64,000 nucleotides of DNA from NCBI GenBank assembly GCA_951406725.2, contig OX597815.1:215264001-215328000 (forward strand), written 5' to 3'. Positions 1 to 15,547 of this stretch are shown here, one piece after another (the stretch's first letter is position 1; each line of letters begins with the position of its first letter). A model generated the notes under the pieces. It did no database searches. It was not told where the DNA came from and was given only the letters and a program-made list of their open reading frames with translations. Position numbers and translations under genes: made by a program. Source of the DNA: Octopus vulgaris (lineage: Eukaryota).

Positions 1-426
<426 letters not shown>

Positions 427-859
427 TGGAAGTGTTATCATGATATAAAAGATGGGCTACAGCAAATATTCTGCTCAATACCACAGATTTGTTGTCAGTT
501 GTTTGACCTTAACCAGTTGAGCATGTCCCTTAGTAGCTGACGATATGTGCATCTCTGATCACGAGCAGAAGTAGTGGGGAGCATCATAGCCATGTGTTGA
601 GAGGGATTCTTTGGGTTTGAATAATAATGGGTGGTTCTTTCAATAATATTCAGGGACCGTTTGAATGGGCTAATAATGGGCCCCACCTGCAAGGTCATGT
701 GCTGTTTATCTTGATATGAGATCACCATGTCGCGCACATATGGTTGTGATAATTTATCAGACGGGTAGTCATGATGGGTATATTGATTTCGTATATTTTA
801 CCCCAGTGTCAATGGCATGAACTGCTCTCTCACTAATAATAATAATAATAATGATAATA

Positions 860-890
<31 letters not shown>

Positions 891-913
891 TGATAATAAT
901 AATAATAATAATG

Positions 914-944
<31 letters not shown>

Positions 945-999
945 CAACAACAACAACAATAACAACAACAACAACAACAGCAACAACAACAACAACAAC

Positions 1000-1059
<60 letters not shown>

Positions 1060-1062
<3 letters not shown>

Positions 1063-1484
1063 TGGTTGAAATATCTAACAGGAATGCACAAAAAGCTGGC
1101 TGACAACTTTAACAGCATACTAGCAGAGCCAGAGACAATGCCTGAATGGCTCACGAAGGGGAAAACCATCTTAATTCCCAAATCAAATGAAACAGCAAAA
1201 CCAGAAAACTACAGACCAATAACCTGCCTCCCTACTATGTTCAAGGCATTTACTGCAGTGATATCGCAAAGGCTGAACAAGCACCTGGACGAAAACAAAC
1301 TGTTCCCAGAAGAGCAGAAAGGATGCCGCAAAGGCTCATATGGCTGTAAAGATCAACTAATGATTAATAAAGCCGTAACTGAAGACAGCCACAGAAAGAA
1401 GAAAGGCCTCAGTATGGCCTGGATTGACTACAAAAAGGCGTTTGATAGCATCCCCCACACATGGATCCTTGAAACACTAGCCAT
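1060..1484 (+). mobile_element. Internal RT fragment of the same LINE, flanked by AAT/AAC/GAT microsatellites
   Basis: WLKYLT...NYRPITCLPTMFK...EQKGCRKGSYGCKDQL...WIDYKKAFDSIPH (N-terminal RT motifs). Confidence 0.9.
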
Positions 1485-1509
1485 AAAAATAATAATAATA
1501 ATAATATTA

Positions 1510-3467
<1,958 letters not shown>

Positions 3468-3508
3468 GTAATAATAATAATATTATTAATAATAATTATT
3501 ATTATTAT

Positions 3509-3572
<64 letters not shown>

Positions 3573-3713
3573 GTTATTGGAATTTTTTTCCGGCTAAACA
3601 TTTCACTCACTTCTTCACAGTAAAATTATGTCATTTAATGCAATCGTTAATGTGATATTCCCTTCAGTTTCATATTAAAGAAAAGCTTAGGCAGGGTTAT
3701 GTATCTAATTGCA

Positions 3714-3788
<75 letters not shown>

Positions 3789-3789
3789 T

Positions 3790-4645
3790 ACACAACGGGT
3801 GGGAGGTGACGAACAGGATAGTCGATATCACCCAGAAATTGGCAGAGAGGAAGCTGTTCGTGAAGGGTCGAGTCGAGGTGGCGAATGCGTACATCGCTTC
3901 CGTCATCTATGACTGCCTGAATGTAGTCCCATGCCCGATAAATTTAGAGCGTTTGTTATTCCGCTTTCTAAAAAGGGACGTGTTCCGCTCATCAGACGGT
4001 CCATCTGCTGTCAACAACCTCTCAGTGGAGTACTGGACATGCCGTTGCTAATGATTCGCAGACATGCGCTGAGACTGCGACATCTCCTGCGTTTCTTTAA
4101 CGGTGAGCATGGGGGATTGACTGTTTGTCAAGCGGGACTTTCCGCAGCTCGTCTATTGATGAAGCTACAGTACTGAGTCAAGCGTTGGTCAAGAAAGGTC
4201 GCTTGGCACCTGGAGTGTCGGCAAGCTTTCACAGCCTTCTGCCAGTCGGGCAACGCGGCCGTTGAAAGTTCCACCATGGATTTCTATAGGGGATTAGTAG
4301 AGGGGAAAGAACAACGACAAAATCGGGGTTAATTCTGAGCGTCGGTGGGGGGAATCAACTAACTGGTCTTAAACTTCCAGAAATCCCTGGCCTGGCAGTG
4401 CTACCGGGGAGCTCTGCCGATTCAGGACAAGCTCTACAGATACGAAAGTGTTGTCGGACGGATATGTCGGGGATGTGCGCAGGCCGATGAAATAGTCCTG
4501 CATGCACTCGTTCGTCCAGTTTACGAGCCGAGTTCATTGTAAAGATCACCCCGCCACCTTCTTTTGGCCGGGAAGGAAAAGCAGTTTCTTCTGCCCGGTG
4601 GCTAAAGAAGTAGTTTGGTGGACGAGATTGAAAACATTGAAGACT
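3790..4645 (+). mobile_element. Decayed Tx1/L1-like ORF2 C-terminal remnant
   Basis: RKLFVKGRVEVANAYIASVIY...LFRFL..GRVPLIRRSICCQQPLSGVLDMP resembles the post-RT region of Tx1-clade ORF2; GC-richer than its flanks. Confidence 0.7.
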
Positions 4646-5030
4646 TAACCTCCTTCACAGTAAAATTATGTCATTTAATATTATCATTTAATATTATCAT
4701 TAATATTCACTGCAGTTTTATATTAAAGAAACACTAGGCATGGTTATGTATCTCATTGCATCACACACAAACACACACACACACACACACACACATACAC
4801 ACACACATACACACAGATACCGGCAGACAATTAGCTTTATATTTTCAATTTATTTTTATCTTTCACTTTTTGCAGAAGTCATCCAGAATACTGGAGACTA
4901 TCTGAGATACAAATACATTAAACACTTTAGAGGCCTCTGCATGTCCTCCTCTCCCTCTTCCCTCACTCCTATGAAAATAGGACATCAAGTTATTGAGGTT
5001 TTGGGTACAGATGAGCTCTCTCTCTCTCTT

Positions 5031-5425
5031 TTTTACTCTTTTACTTGTTTCAGTCATTTGAATGTGGCCATGCTGGAGCACCGCCTTTAGTCGAGTAAAT
5101 CGACCCCAGGACTTATTCTTTGTAAGCCTAGTACTTATTCTATCGGTCTATTTTGCCGAACCGCTAGGTTACAGGGACGTAAACACACCAGCATTGATTG
5201 TCAAGCAATGCTGGGGGGGAACACAGACACACAAACACACACAGATATATATATATACTATACGACAGGCTTCTTTTAGTTTCCGTCTACTAAACCCACT
5301 CACAAGGTTTTAGTCGACCTGAGGCTATAGTAAAAGACACTTGCCCAAAGTGCCATGCCGTGGGACTGAACCCGGAACCATGTGGTTGGTAAGCAAGCTA
5401 CTTACAACACAGCCACTCCCGCGCC
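5031..5425 (-). mobile_element. tRNA-derived SINE, family 1 (full length)
   Basis: The minus-strand head ggagtggctgtgttgtaag...ggttcagtccc has A/B-box-like motifs. Paralogs at about 35595-36015 and 63435-63735. Confidence 0.8.
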
Positions 5426-5533
5426 TTTTGAAGTTTGGAATATAATTATGTGTCAGTTATTATAATGGTTAATGTGGTGTTCACTTCCGTTTTATATCAA
5501 AGCAATGCTTAGGCAGAGTTATATATCTCAGTG

Positions 5534-5604
<71 letters not shown>

Positions 5605-6716
5605 AGGACATATACAATTGAAGACACTTCACACCATAAAATCCTCGCCTGTCATCCTTCATTCGTATAAAATATTGCTACTTTGATAACGAAAATTCTT
5701 TTCCCATAACTTTAAAGCTGCTAAAACCTTTAATTCCTCTTCAGAATTGTTATAATTTCTCTATCATATACTTTATTTCACAAACGTAATTTTCTGAAAC
5801 GAACAATTGTTAAATGAATTTGTATCGTTTGCTTCCATGTCAATCATTATGTATACCATGTAAATTATTATCGTTATTGATAACGTGATTTTTTCTGAAG
5901 TGACACTATCGTTAAATGAATCTATCGTCTGCTCACAGGAAATATTTGGCTGCTATTTCTAGCACATCCAGCTTAAGCTTCAGAGATTCCTCACGAAGAG
6001 AATGGTGGATGACAATGTGAACACTGGAGGGTCTAACAAAGAATTTAGAAATGTACTTCATTTTAATGTTAACTTTAGACGTTGTATTTGGGAAGAGATC
6101 GATGATCAATAGTTATCGAGCAAAAGTGAGATGATTCTAAAACATGAAAAATCTGTCGTCTGATCGTATAACAATATTTTGATCATTTCCGGTTAATGTC
6201 GCTTTTAAACGATTTTTCTCAAATATTTTTTGTTTCTTCCTTTGCTTCTGACGTTATTTCTTTGATACGAAAGTTTCTTGAGAGTATTACTTCTTCTCTG
6301 CCCCTCCACTGTTCATAAGTGTTGGCTAGGTTTTCATTGTTTAGGGCTCTGCAATATGCTTGTTTTCTTTAATTTAATATCTTAACCCGGATGTTTTTCA
6401 TTTGATTTCTCTTTTTGTATATCTTCTTTTCCAAGCTGAGTTCATTCAATTTTTTTAGTACGTTTTGTGTGGTTGAATTTAGGTTGTGGATATCCGTTTC
6501 TGGAGTTCTGCTTTGGTTCTCATTTTGTTGTTGGTATGTAAGAAGGGAATAAAGTGTTTCTATGTAGATTTGCGTCTTTTGTGCCATTTCATGGAAGGCA
6601 TCAGCAAGGCATTCATTTTTTATCATGGTTGAAAGTTTTTGGTAAATTTCTTCAAATAATATTTCAGATTTCAGTGATTCGGCACACACTCACACACACA
6701 CAAATGTTCATGAATG

Positions 6717-6791
<75 letters not shown>

Positions 6792-7440
6792 CAAATACAT
6801 GAATATATACGTATATATAATTCTGATAACTGTGTGTGCGTGTTTATATATATATATATATATACATATATACACACACACAGATATCACAATTTGTAAA
6901 ATAGTACTTAGATTATTTCAAGTTAATTTCAGTTACGCGGATGCAAAGTCTCATACAGTTACGCATATACACACACACATACATACACACACGCAACACC
7001 AGTCAGTGACATAATTTTCATTACTCCATTTCTGCTGGAATGCTAATGCCGGGGAAGAAGAAGCGTATACCGAATAAGTGAAGGGAATTAAAATGTATCA
7101 ATCTCACCAAATGCTTAGAACATGGTTACGTAGCTAATAGCATCACACAAACGCATACACACACACACACACACACACACAAAACCCTCTTCCTCTTCTT
7201 TTTCCCTCCCTCTCTCTCTTTCTATCACTTTCTTTCCCCTCTCTCATTTACACTCTTCCACTATCACCGCCCATCTTTGACTGCTGACGCAAACTTTTCA
7301 TATCGCATTCATATAATGAGAAATAAAGACGCCAATCTATATCTACACACACACACACACACATATATATATATGCATTATTGTGTGCGTTGTGTTCCGC
7401 TACTTCAATGAAAAAATGTATGGTAAATAAACAAATGACG

Positions 7441-7496
<56 letters not shown>

Positions 7497-7500
<4 letters not shown>

Positions 7501-9445
7501 GAAATGAAGAAAATGCTGACAAAATAATTTAAGTAATTTAAGTAATTTAATTAGGTGAAAGTTCTTTTTACCGGTTGCGCATTTGTTATGCTTATCAAAA
7601 GATATTTTTTAAGAGAGATTAGAGTTCCTTTCTGATAGATTTTTTCCTCTTATCTGACTTTATGTTGGGTTTGCTGTCTCTTATATGTGAAAAAAGAGGC
7701 TCCAGAGTTGTTTAGGATTTGCTTGGTTTCGCGCCTAAAATTTCTTGTGGACAATGGTCAATACAATTTTGATTGGTCATTATGAAGGGGTCACGTGAAT
7801 GTTTGAATGGAAGTTGGTGTTGGGGTAAGAAAAAAGGCTCCAGAGAAGTTAAAAAGTGGTCTATATTTATTAATAACGTGGGATTCCATGGTTATTCGCT
7901 GGGTATGAGTGGCATTGTCTTTAAATTTGTAGAGGGGAAAGATTCTAAAATTGGGATGGAGTTGTGCGGCACAGGTATCAATATGTGCACTAAGTGCTAT
8001 TTTTCTGTATTCCTGTATTTTTATTTGGGATCTGTGGACAGTCATGCGTTGGCGGAGGCTATTTTTAGTTTGGCCTATGTAGTGTTCATTACAGCCCGAT
8101 CAAGTTAAGACATATACTAGGTTTTCTGATGCGCATGTGAAGTTGTGTTTTACTGTGAAAAGTTGTCCTTGTTTAAAAAGGACAACGTTTCACAGTAAAA
8201 CACAACTTCACATGCGCATCAGAAAACCTAGTATATGTCTTAACTTGCTCGGGCTGTAATGAACACTACATAGGCCAAACTAAAAATAGCCTCCGCCAAC
8301 GCATGACTGTCCACAGATCCCAAATAAAAATACAGGAATACAGAAAAATAGCACTTAGTGCACATATTGATACCTGTGCCGCACAACTCCATCCCAATTT
8401 TAGAATCTTTCCCCTCTACAAATTTAAAGACAATGTCACTCATACCCAGCGAATAAACATGGAATCCCACCTTATTAATAAATACAGACCACTTCTAAAC
8501 ACATTCCCCTAACACAAACCCACAACAAACACACTTACACCTGCACACACCCTACACACACCTTTACCCAGATATTAACACCATGACACACGCAAATATA
8601 TGGTTCCACACATACACATAATTGGATACGGGTGCAAAACATCCAACACTATTTTTTGGAAATGACTGTAAATATTGACTTCACACAAACACGTTGCTTC
8701 CCGATACAGGCACAAGGCCAGCAGAACTATAAATATTGAAAATTGTACCCACACGCGCACACATATATACACGCGTGCGCGCGCGCCCCAACATACATAT
8801 AAACACACACACACACACACACACGCACACATACATACATATAGCTCTTCCTGTCCTAAACGAACTTACTTATCCAGCTCAAATTCAGTCAAGCGGAAAA
8901 TACACTCCCTAACTACGCGCTAAAAAGCTATTTAAAATATCCACATGACGTCTACTGACCAGTTGAACAATAAGAATTTTCAACAACGCTATTTTCGAAA
9001 ATTCTAAACATTCACGTGACCTCTCTATTATAACCACATCCACGTGACCTCTTTATTATGACCAATAAGAAATTTTAGGCGCGACACTAGCCAAATTTTA
9101 ACTTCTCTGGAGCCTTTTTTCTTACCCCAACACCAACTTCCATTCAAACATTCACGTGACCCCTTCATAATGACCAATCAAAATTGTATTGACCATTGTC
9201 CACAAGAAATTTTAGGCGCGAAACCAAGCAAATCCTAAACAACTCTGGAGCCTCTTTTTTCACATATAAGAGACAGCAAACCCAACATAAAGTCAGATAA
9301 GAGGAAAAAATCTATCAGAAAGGAACTCTAATCTCTCTTAAAAAAATATCTTTTGATAAGCATAACAAATGCGCAACCGGTAAAAAGAACTTTCACCTAA
9401 TTAAATTACTTAAATTATTTTGTCAGCATTTTCTTCATTTCCTTT
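7497..9445. mobile_element. Head-to-head inverted dimer of a Penelope-like element 3' end (GIY-YIG C-terminus + 3' UTR)
   Basis: 7497-7855 is the reverse complement of about 9096-9445, and 7855-8172 of 8176-8495. The encoded HNFTCASENLVYV..C..C...YIGQT....RQRMTVHR is a GIY-YIG nuclease. (TA)n on both sides. Confidence 0.9.
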
Positions 9446-9511
9446 TTTATATATCACAACTCGTGTTCCACATCTCCTTTTTTTAAATATATATATATAT
9501 ATATGTATGAG

Positions 9512-9552
<41 letters not shown>

Positions 9553-10310
9553 ATTCACTAACTCTTACGAACAGAGGCTAAACCATTTTATTGGTAAGTT
9601 ACGATTTTCATTATATTATATCGGCCATCTATTGGCCATCGTCCAGCCTCCTCAACGGCATTTAGGATTGGATAAAAATGGTCTCCACCGTTAAGACCTC
9701 ATAAGTTTGTGTCCACAAATGACCTAAAATGTTTTTTTTATGCTTTTATTTTTACTTCAGTAATTTTCAGTTAACCCATAAGCATTGGCACTGGCCACGT
9801 CGGGCCCAAATATTCTTTCTGTTTTCTGTTGAAACTGAACAGATCAGCCCTTTCACAACCACCATGCAAAGTTATTCTAAAAGTAAGCAATCACATAATT
9901 AAAATCTCAAAGCTAGAAGATAACGTATGATTAATTGTAAACGATGTGAATAAATAAGTAATTCATCCGAATGTTGAAGGAGTATCCTCTTCTAGCTGGT
10001 AAACTAATGAAACAGCAATTCCATCTCAAATTACAAGAAGTGGGGTCTTTTTAAGGACACATTTCAGGTTCGAGGGAGTGGTTAAGAATGTTAGTAGTAC
10101 AAAAAATCGAGTCGGTATTTTTCTTAGTAGTTGAGTTTTGTTTAGAATTGTTTGAAGCCGAGAAGGGTCAAATAACAGTAGAGGCGGTTGAAATGCAAAA
10201 ATTTGAAGAAATTTGTGATGTGTTGGTGAGATTTAGAAGGCTGAGAGGAGGATGAAAAAGCGATTGATCATAATTTGCTTCGTTTGATGTAGGTCCATTT
10301 TTATTTGTTC

Positions 10311-11057
10311 ACTAGCAGTATTACTCGGCTCGTGCGCTCGAGCGTTCTATGCACGCGCGAATTAAGCTAAACTTGGTTTTAAAATCAAGCATTTAATGCC
10401 CTCTATTTTTGCACTTATGTGTTCCATTTCCTCAATAGGAAATACGTAGAGGCGTTTCATAAATTTTTGTTGATCAAATAATTGCATTGTTGAATTATTC
10501 TTTTAGATCAGTATTTCTCAACGGGGATTTCAGGGGAGAGTTTCAGGGAGTCGCTGGCGATGTATCGTGATGATCAAAAATCCGGCCAGCTAAAATTTGG
10601 TTAGTGATTCAAACTGCAGACTCAACGCAAAATGGTCATATTTAATTCAAAGCGTTAAAAATGTTATGAAAACAATTGGTATGAGTTCACAAAGTTCAAA
10701 CGATTAATATGAAAAAACCCTCTACAATGTTTACGGCGATTCGTTTTTATATCTTGATTTTTTAATTTTTCATGCAATTTACGCATGCTTGCACGCGTGG
10801 TAAACACAATTCACGTCAAACAGCTGCACTATTCAATGCATGGGATAATCCCTAAACAAACACATTATCGATTTTTGCACTTGCGAGATGAATTTCGGTA
10901 CAGAAATAGCTTAGTTCAATTTTCATTCGCCTAAACTTTAAGTGACCCATTTTTGGTAGTTCTACGATTTGTTGGCTAGGAGATGTCCCGGGAAGTTAAA
11001 CACACACACACACAGATACACAGACAGACACACAAGTTGAGTTTTATATACATAGAC
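10311..11057 (+). mobile_element. Possible non-autonomous Helitron/Helentron-type element
   Basis: Begins actagc...ctcggctcgtgcgctcgag (hairpin-like) and ends (caca)(caga)...ttttatatacatagac, the layout of DINE-1/Lep1-like elements. Single copy here, so recognised by pattern only. Confidence 0.4.
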
Positions 11058-11333
11058 TTACGTTCATGCTTTATTCTTGCTTTCAGGAAAAAAAAGTAAG
11101 TAAAATGAAATCATGAAAGTGTATTTGAGGAAAAATTTGTATAAACGCTTCTAAACCTGGGGTACAGGAAAAATTCCTTTGTTACAATACAGTTGCTTGT
11201 GGGGTCCCATCGGATTTAACGACCCAACCGGGTTTACAACCACTGCGTATTTAGGGTCCACGAATCTCATGGTTCGCTAGTTTTGTAAATATATTAGACC
11301 CCCCGAGTATGGTTACAGATGTGTGTAGGAGTG

Positions 11334-11383
<50 letters not shown>

Positions 11384-11625
11384 GTGTTTCCTTTGATATT
11401 ATTACGCGTTAAAGCTATAATATTTAATAAATTTCTTCACACTAATTTATCGAAATTTAATTTTTTAGCTTTAAATATCCAATCATGAAAACAAAAATAT
11501 ATTTGTCATGTGGAACAGGGGTGAATTTTAGTTCCTTCGGAGAATCTGCAATGTGAAGTTAATAACACTGAAGTCTCTGACATTTCCTATTTTCTTCTTT
11601 TACAGATAAATCTACGCCTGGCAAT

Positions 11626-11816
11626 ATGTTTCACCACGTAGTATCATATAGACGGTCTCTTGTGTTGATACTGTGTACGATATTGTTTTTGGAAACTCAA
11701 GCTGATTCATATACATGCAACATATGTAATTGCAATTCACTTAAATCGAATGTAGATTGTGCAAAGCGCAATCTAACATCAATTCCACAACCAATTCCGA
11801 CGAATGTTGTATATTT
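11626..11816 (+). CDS. First coding exon: signal peptide + LRR N-terminal cap
   Basis: Acceptor tttcttcttttacag ends at 11605. MFHHVVSYRRSLVLILCTILFLETQA (hydrophobic signal) is followed by DSYTCNICNCNSLKSNVDCAKRNLTSIPQPIPTNVVYL, a classic LRRNT. Donor TT|gtaag, phase 2. Confidence 0.92.
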
Positions 11817-12274
11817 GTAAGCATTTGACACTTTCTACGTATTTTCCACATCCAATATTTTAAATTCTCATTGATTATGTTCTCAGCTAATCGGTTATGC
11901 TGTTTATCTCACAGCTTTAAGCACAATCTTATGTTAGAGTAAAACAAATCGATATGTTACCTGCTGTGAAGTCAAATAAACTGTTTCTTACCATATTGAA
12001 TTTATAATATATAACATCGCATGCACAGAGATTGGATATGACTAGTATCTGACTTTGATGTTATTTGTCTGAACTTATCGAATCTTACGGTATATTCAAT
12101 GAACGGACAGTATAAAAACTTTAGTGCTAAGAAAACGTGTATTCCACATAGTTATATTATATCATTAATTAGTTGAATTGTTGCTTATTGTTACAGTAAT
12201 ATGATATAATATCAGTTGATCGTGTCACAGAATAATTGTTAGTTATTGTTTGTGCTAGTTTTATAATAAAATAT

Positions 12275-12490
12275 GCAGCGAGCTATCAGAATCGTTGTGC
12301 ACGCCAGACAAAATGTTAAGCGGTATTTCGTTCGTCTTTACGTTTCGATTTTAAATTCTGTCGAGGTTGACTTAGTTTTTCATTCTTTTGGTGTCGGTAA
12401 AATAAATAGCAATTTATCTCTGAGATCAATGTAAAGGACTTGTCCTTTTCCCAAAATTTCAGGTTTGTTCCTATAGAAGAAATTATTATT
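12275..12490 (+). mobile_element. SINE family 2 copy
   Basis: gcagcgagctatcagaatcgtt...aaattctgtcgaggttgact; collinear with 62164-62378. Confidence 0.7.
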
Positions 12491-14149
12491 TTTATAATTA
12501 AAAATGAAACAGATGGATTAAACAGCAGATAATGACGAGATCCGCTTAAATTGCCAAATTCTTAAAATACCTAAGTGAAGAAATCAAAATAGTGTTGTTT
12601 TAACAACTTATGAGGAATTTATTTTTGATAGAATGTCATCAGTAAAATTTACCCTATCATGAACACAATAAACCTTATTACAAAATTATGGAAGGTTAAT
12701 TGAAGTTTCGGCTGATTGATGTATCCCCGTTCACCTGAAATCTTACGCAATTTTTAAGTAAATTATTAAAATTTAACGTCTCAAGAAATGGAATAGAATA
12801 AAAAAGAGTAATTATTTGATACATCAATCATAACAAATACTCTGTTGCAACACATTGCTCTTCCAGGTGATTATTTCCAGTTAATTGGCTTGCATCATTG
12901 CATTAGTCACCTTAAACTTTTAGTTTTAATCAAATATTCTAATCCTAAAGTGGATCAATTCATTCGATCAGATCTATTTCTCAAAACATTTGGAACGTTT
13001 TGATAAAATGAGAAATCCTAATTTAAAATAAAGAGAAAAGTTTCAATAATGGAATTCCTAAATCTCGTATAACTCAAGATGAATAGTAAAGTTGAAGTTC
13101 TGTTTAATAAGTTAGATATTTTCATCGTTCATAACTTGAGCGAGGATTGGCACAAATCTTTTGACCGTCTAGCAGAATACATTGCGTTCTGACACACGGC
13201 AATCTGACTTCAAATCCCGCCAAGGTCAACCTTGGATCATTCATTTTCGAGATCAATAAAGAACCATAACAGTTCAATGAACAAATGCAACTATGAGGAC
13301 GTCGAATAAGACAGCATGCAGTATATTGTCCAGCTGTTTGTGATCTGAGTTAAAATCCCACACTTTTTATTTTACCGATTTTGGAGAAAGGATCAGACAA
13401 GTTTTATAACTCCTGCAAGATCTCCAATACTTGTGAGGCAGATATCATTAATATTCCGCTTGAGCTGTTGCAGGTCAACCTTTACAGGAATGATGAACAG
13501 GGATACTCTTCAGGAGATGAAGGATTTAGCATAGGTAGTTAATAATGGGAACAAACTGAGGTTTAATACAGCAAGAGTAAGGAGCAAAGGGCTAAACAAA
13601 GACTAAAAAACTAAGGCAATGTATGTTGTCACATCCCTTTTTTAAATAACACCCTTAGCCAGTTAAATCACCATGTAAGGTTGTTCTCCTTTGTAGTACA
13701 TATCTCAAAATTATATCAGGGTTTCCCCACTCTACCATCACCAGTTCTATTAATAAATCCCTTTCTATTTCTGTTGTTTTCCTTCCTAGTCTATTATTTC
13801 AGTCTTGAAGTTTTGGGGGTTTATTTATTTTTGTGAAGAACTTTTATGCATCAATTATGCGAAGGAAAGGAGTTTACTTTTGCAAAGATAAATTACTTTT
13901 GTCAACAAAGTGTAATAACAAATGGAATGCTCATTGGACAGAAACAAGATATTTATAAATAAAGCTGACTTCTGAGATGATAAAAATATCTTCCACTGAA
14001 TACTGATGTTGCAACGAAGGCTTTGTCACAAATATTTTGAACATCCATTCTATTCTTATATTTTACATGCATTTGTGTTTTTCATTCATACTTTACGTAG
14101 TGACTTAAATCTGTTTTATATCTTATATAATAAAATATCCGTAAATGCA

Positions 14150-14885
14150 AACAGAACCTTCGTGAAGAAGAAAAGAAAGCTTACAAACTGAAGAATGACA
14201 ATTCAATCATCCTAAAAGAAACCGATTAGGGAAGGGTGATAGCAGTCACGGACCAAGACTACTATAAAGATAAAATATTGGAAACAGACAAATCCTGCTA
14301 CAAGGAAGAACGAAGACACCCGGAAAAAGTAATAATGAATACAATCAAAAGTCTGATAAATGAATACCAACGTTCGTTCACATATAAAGAGAAAGATTAT
14401 TTATGCAGCTCTGTAATGAAAGAGAGTAATTTCTATGGATCACCCAAGATCCACGAATGCTCCAAAATGCAAGGATCAGCATATAAAAGTACTAAGACCC
14501 ACTGACATCAAATTGAGACCAACAGTTGCTGGACCTTGAGCCCCAACACAACAACTGAGCCATCTTTTGGATATACTCCTCAAACCGTTATGCCCATTAA
14601 TGGCCAGCTATACCCGAGACGATATGGATTTCCTCAAGCACATTCCACCCACTGTCCCAGAACGTACTATACTTACAAGCTTTGACTAATCTTTGTACTA
14701 ATACATCAGACTTTGGGCCTGGAAGCAATCAAACACTGGGTAGAAAAACACAGCGGACGGATAGACGAACGCTTCCAAACGCATTTCCAAAGACACACAC
14801 CTGGAACTAGAAGACAACACCTTTAGTTTCGATAATAAACTATATCGACAGATAAAAAGGACACCACTACGGGGACGAGGTTCGC
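14150..14885 (+). mobile_element. Decayed Penelope-like RT fragment
   Basis: Degenerate KExDKG, FYGSPKIH, LRPTVAGP, DILLKP, YTRDDMDFL; collinear with the 57.0-57.7 kb element. Confidence 0.8.
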
Positions 14886-15475
14886 ACACATTCCTACACC
14901 CAGAGGTAGATATACATATGTGTGTATATTTCTGAGTGTATATGTGTGTATGTGCGTATATGTGCATACATGTGCGTGTATGTGTGTGGATGTGTGTGTT
15001 GGTACATAGAGACGCGAAGCGGATACTCGAGGTTGTGCAAGTCAAGTAGGAAATAAACAGGAAACTGCTGCCACATTGAGACATTCTTCTCATGTTTCTT
15101 CTTCTTCTTCTTCTTCTTCTTCTTCTTCTTCTTTTTCTTCGTCTTCTTCTTCTTCTTCTTCTTCTTCTTCTAATCTTCATCTTCTACGCCTTTTATTTCT
15201 TCTTCTTTTTCTTCTTCTTCGTCATCTTCTTCTTCTTCTACTTCTCCTTTCCTCTTCTCCTTCACCTTTCTTCTTCTTCTTCTTCTTCTTCTTCTTCTTC
15301 TTCTTCTTCTTCTTCTTCTTCTTCTTCTTCTTCTTCTTCTTCTTCTTCTTCTTCTTCTTCTTCTTCTTCGTTATCTTTCTTCTTTTTCTTCCTTTCATTC
15401 TGAAGTCACAGTGTTTGATGTTGAATCACATATATTTTCCATATAATCTATTTTAATCTTTCTATACTACTATAA

Positions 15476-15547
15476 ATATCTGTACAACAGCAACATTGCA
15501 ACCATCAAAGAAGGTACATTCACGGGTCTTTCGAATTTAAAGACATT
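15476..15547 (+). pseudogene. LRR cassette exon A1 (YLYNSNIATIKEGTFTGLSNLKTL) with defective acceptor
   Basis: 72-nt paralog of the other A exons with an intact TT|gtaag donor. The acceptor reads tataa instead of tatag. An in-frame cryptic cag lies at 15488-15490. Confidence 0.7.

Larger units (their letters stand above)
3613..5602 (+). repeat. Three diverged copies of a ~110-bp unit, each ending in (CA)n (about 3613, 4653, 5445)
   Basis: aattatgt...ttcactNcagttt.atattaaag.aa..ctNaggcaNggttatgtatctNattgcatcacaca; weaker echo at about 7110-7180. Confidence 0.7.

Noticed and set aside
5355-5425. tRNA gene
   Set aside because: The A/B-box head continues into a SINE body repeated elsewhere in the window; no convincing cloverleaf. 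The same applies to the family 2 heads.
6369-6689. 106-aa coiled-coil-like minus-strand ORF
   Set aside because: Starts in a microsatellite and has no recognisable domain; probably a TE remnant but unassignable.
9773-9985. piggyBac-like MITE starting ttaaccc
   Set aside because: Right terminus too degenerate and no second copy in the window to support it.
11087-11095. 9-nt micro-exon (tttcag|GAAAAAAAA|gtaagt), and a possible 5' UTR donor at about 9593
   Set aside because: The splice signals look plausible and an upstream non-coding exon is expected, but nothing in the sequence lets me choose; needs cDNA.
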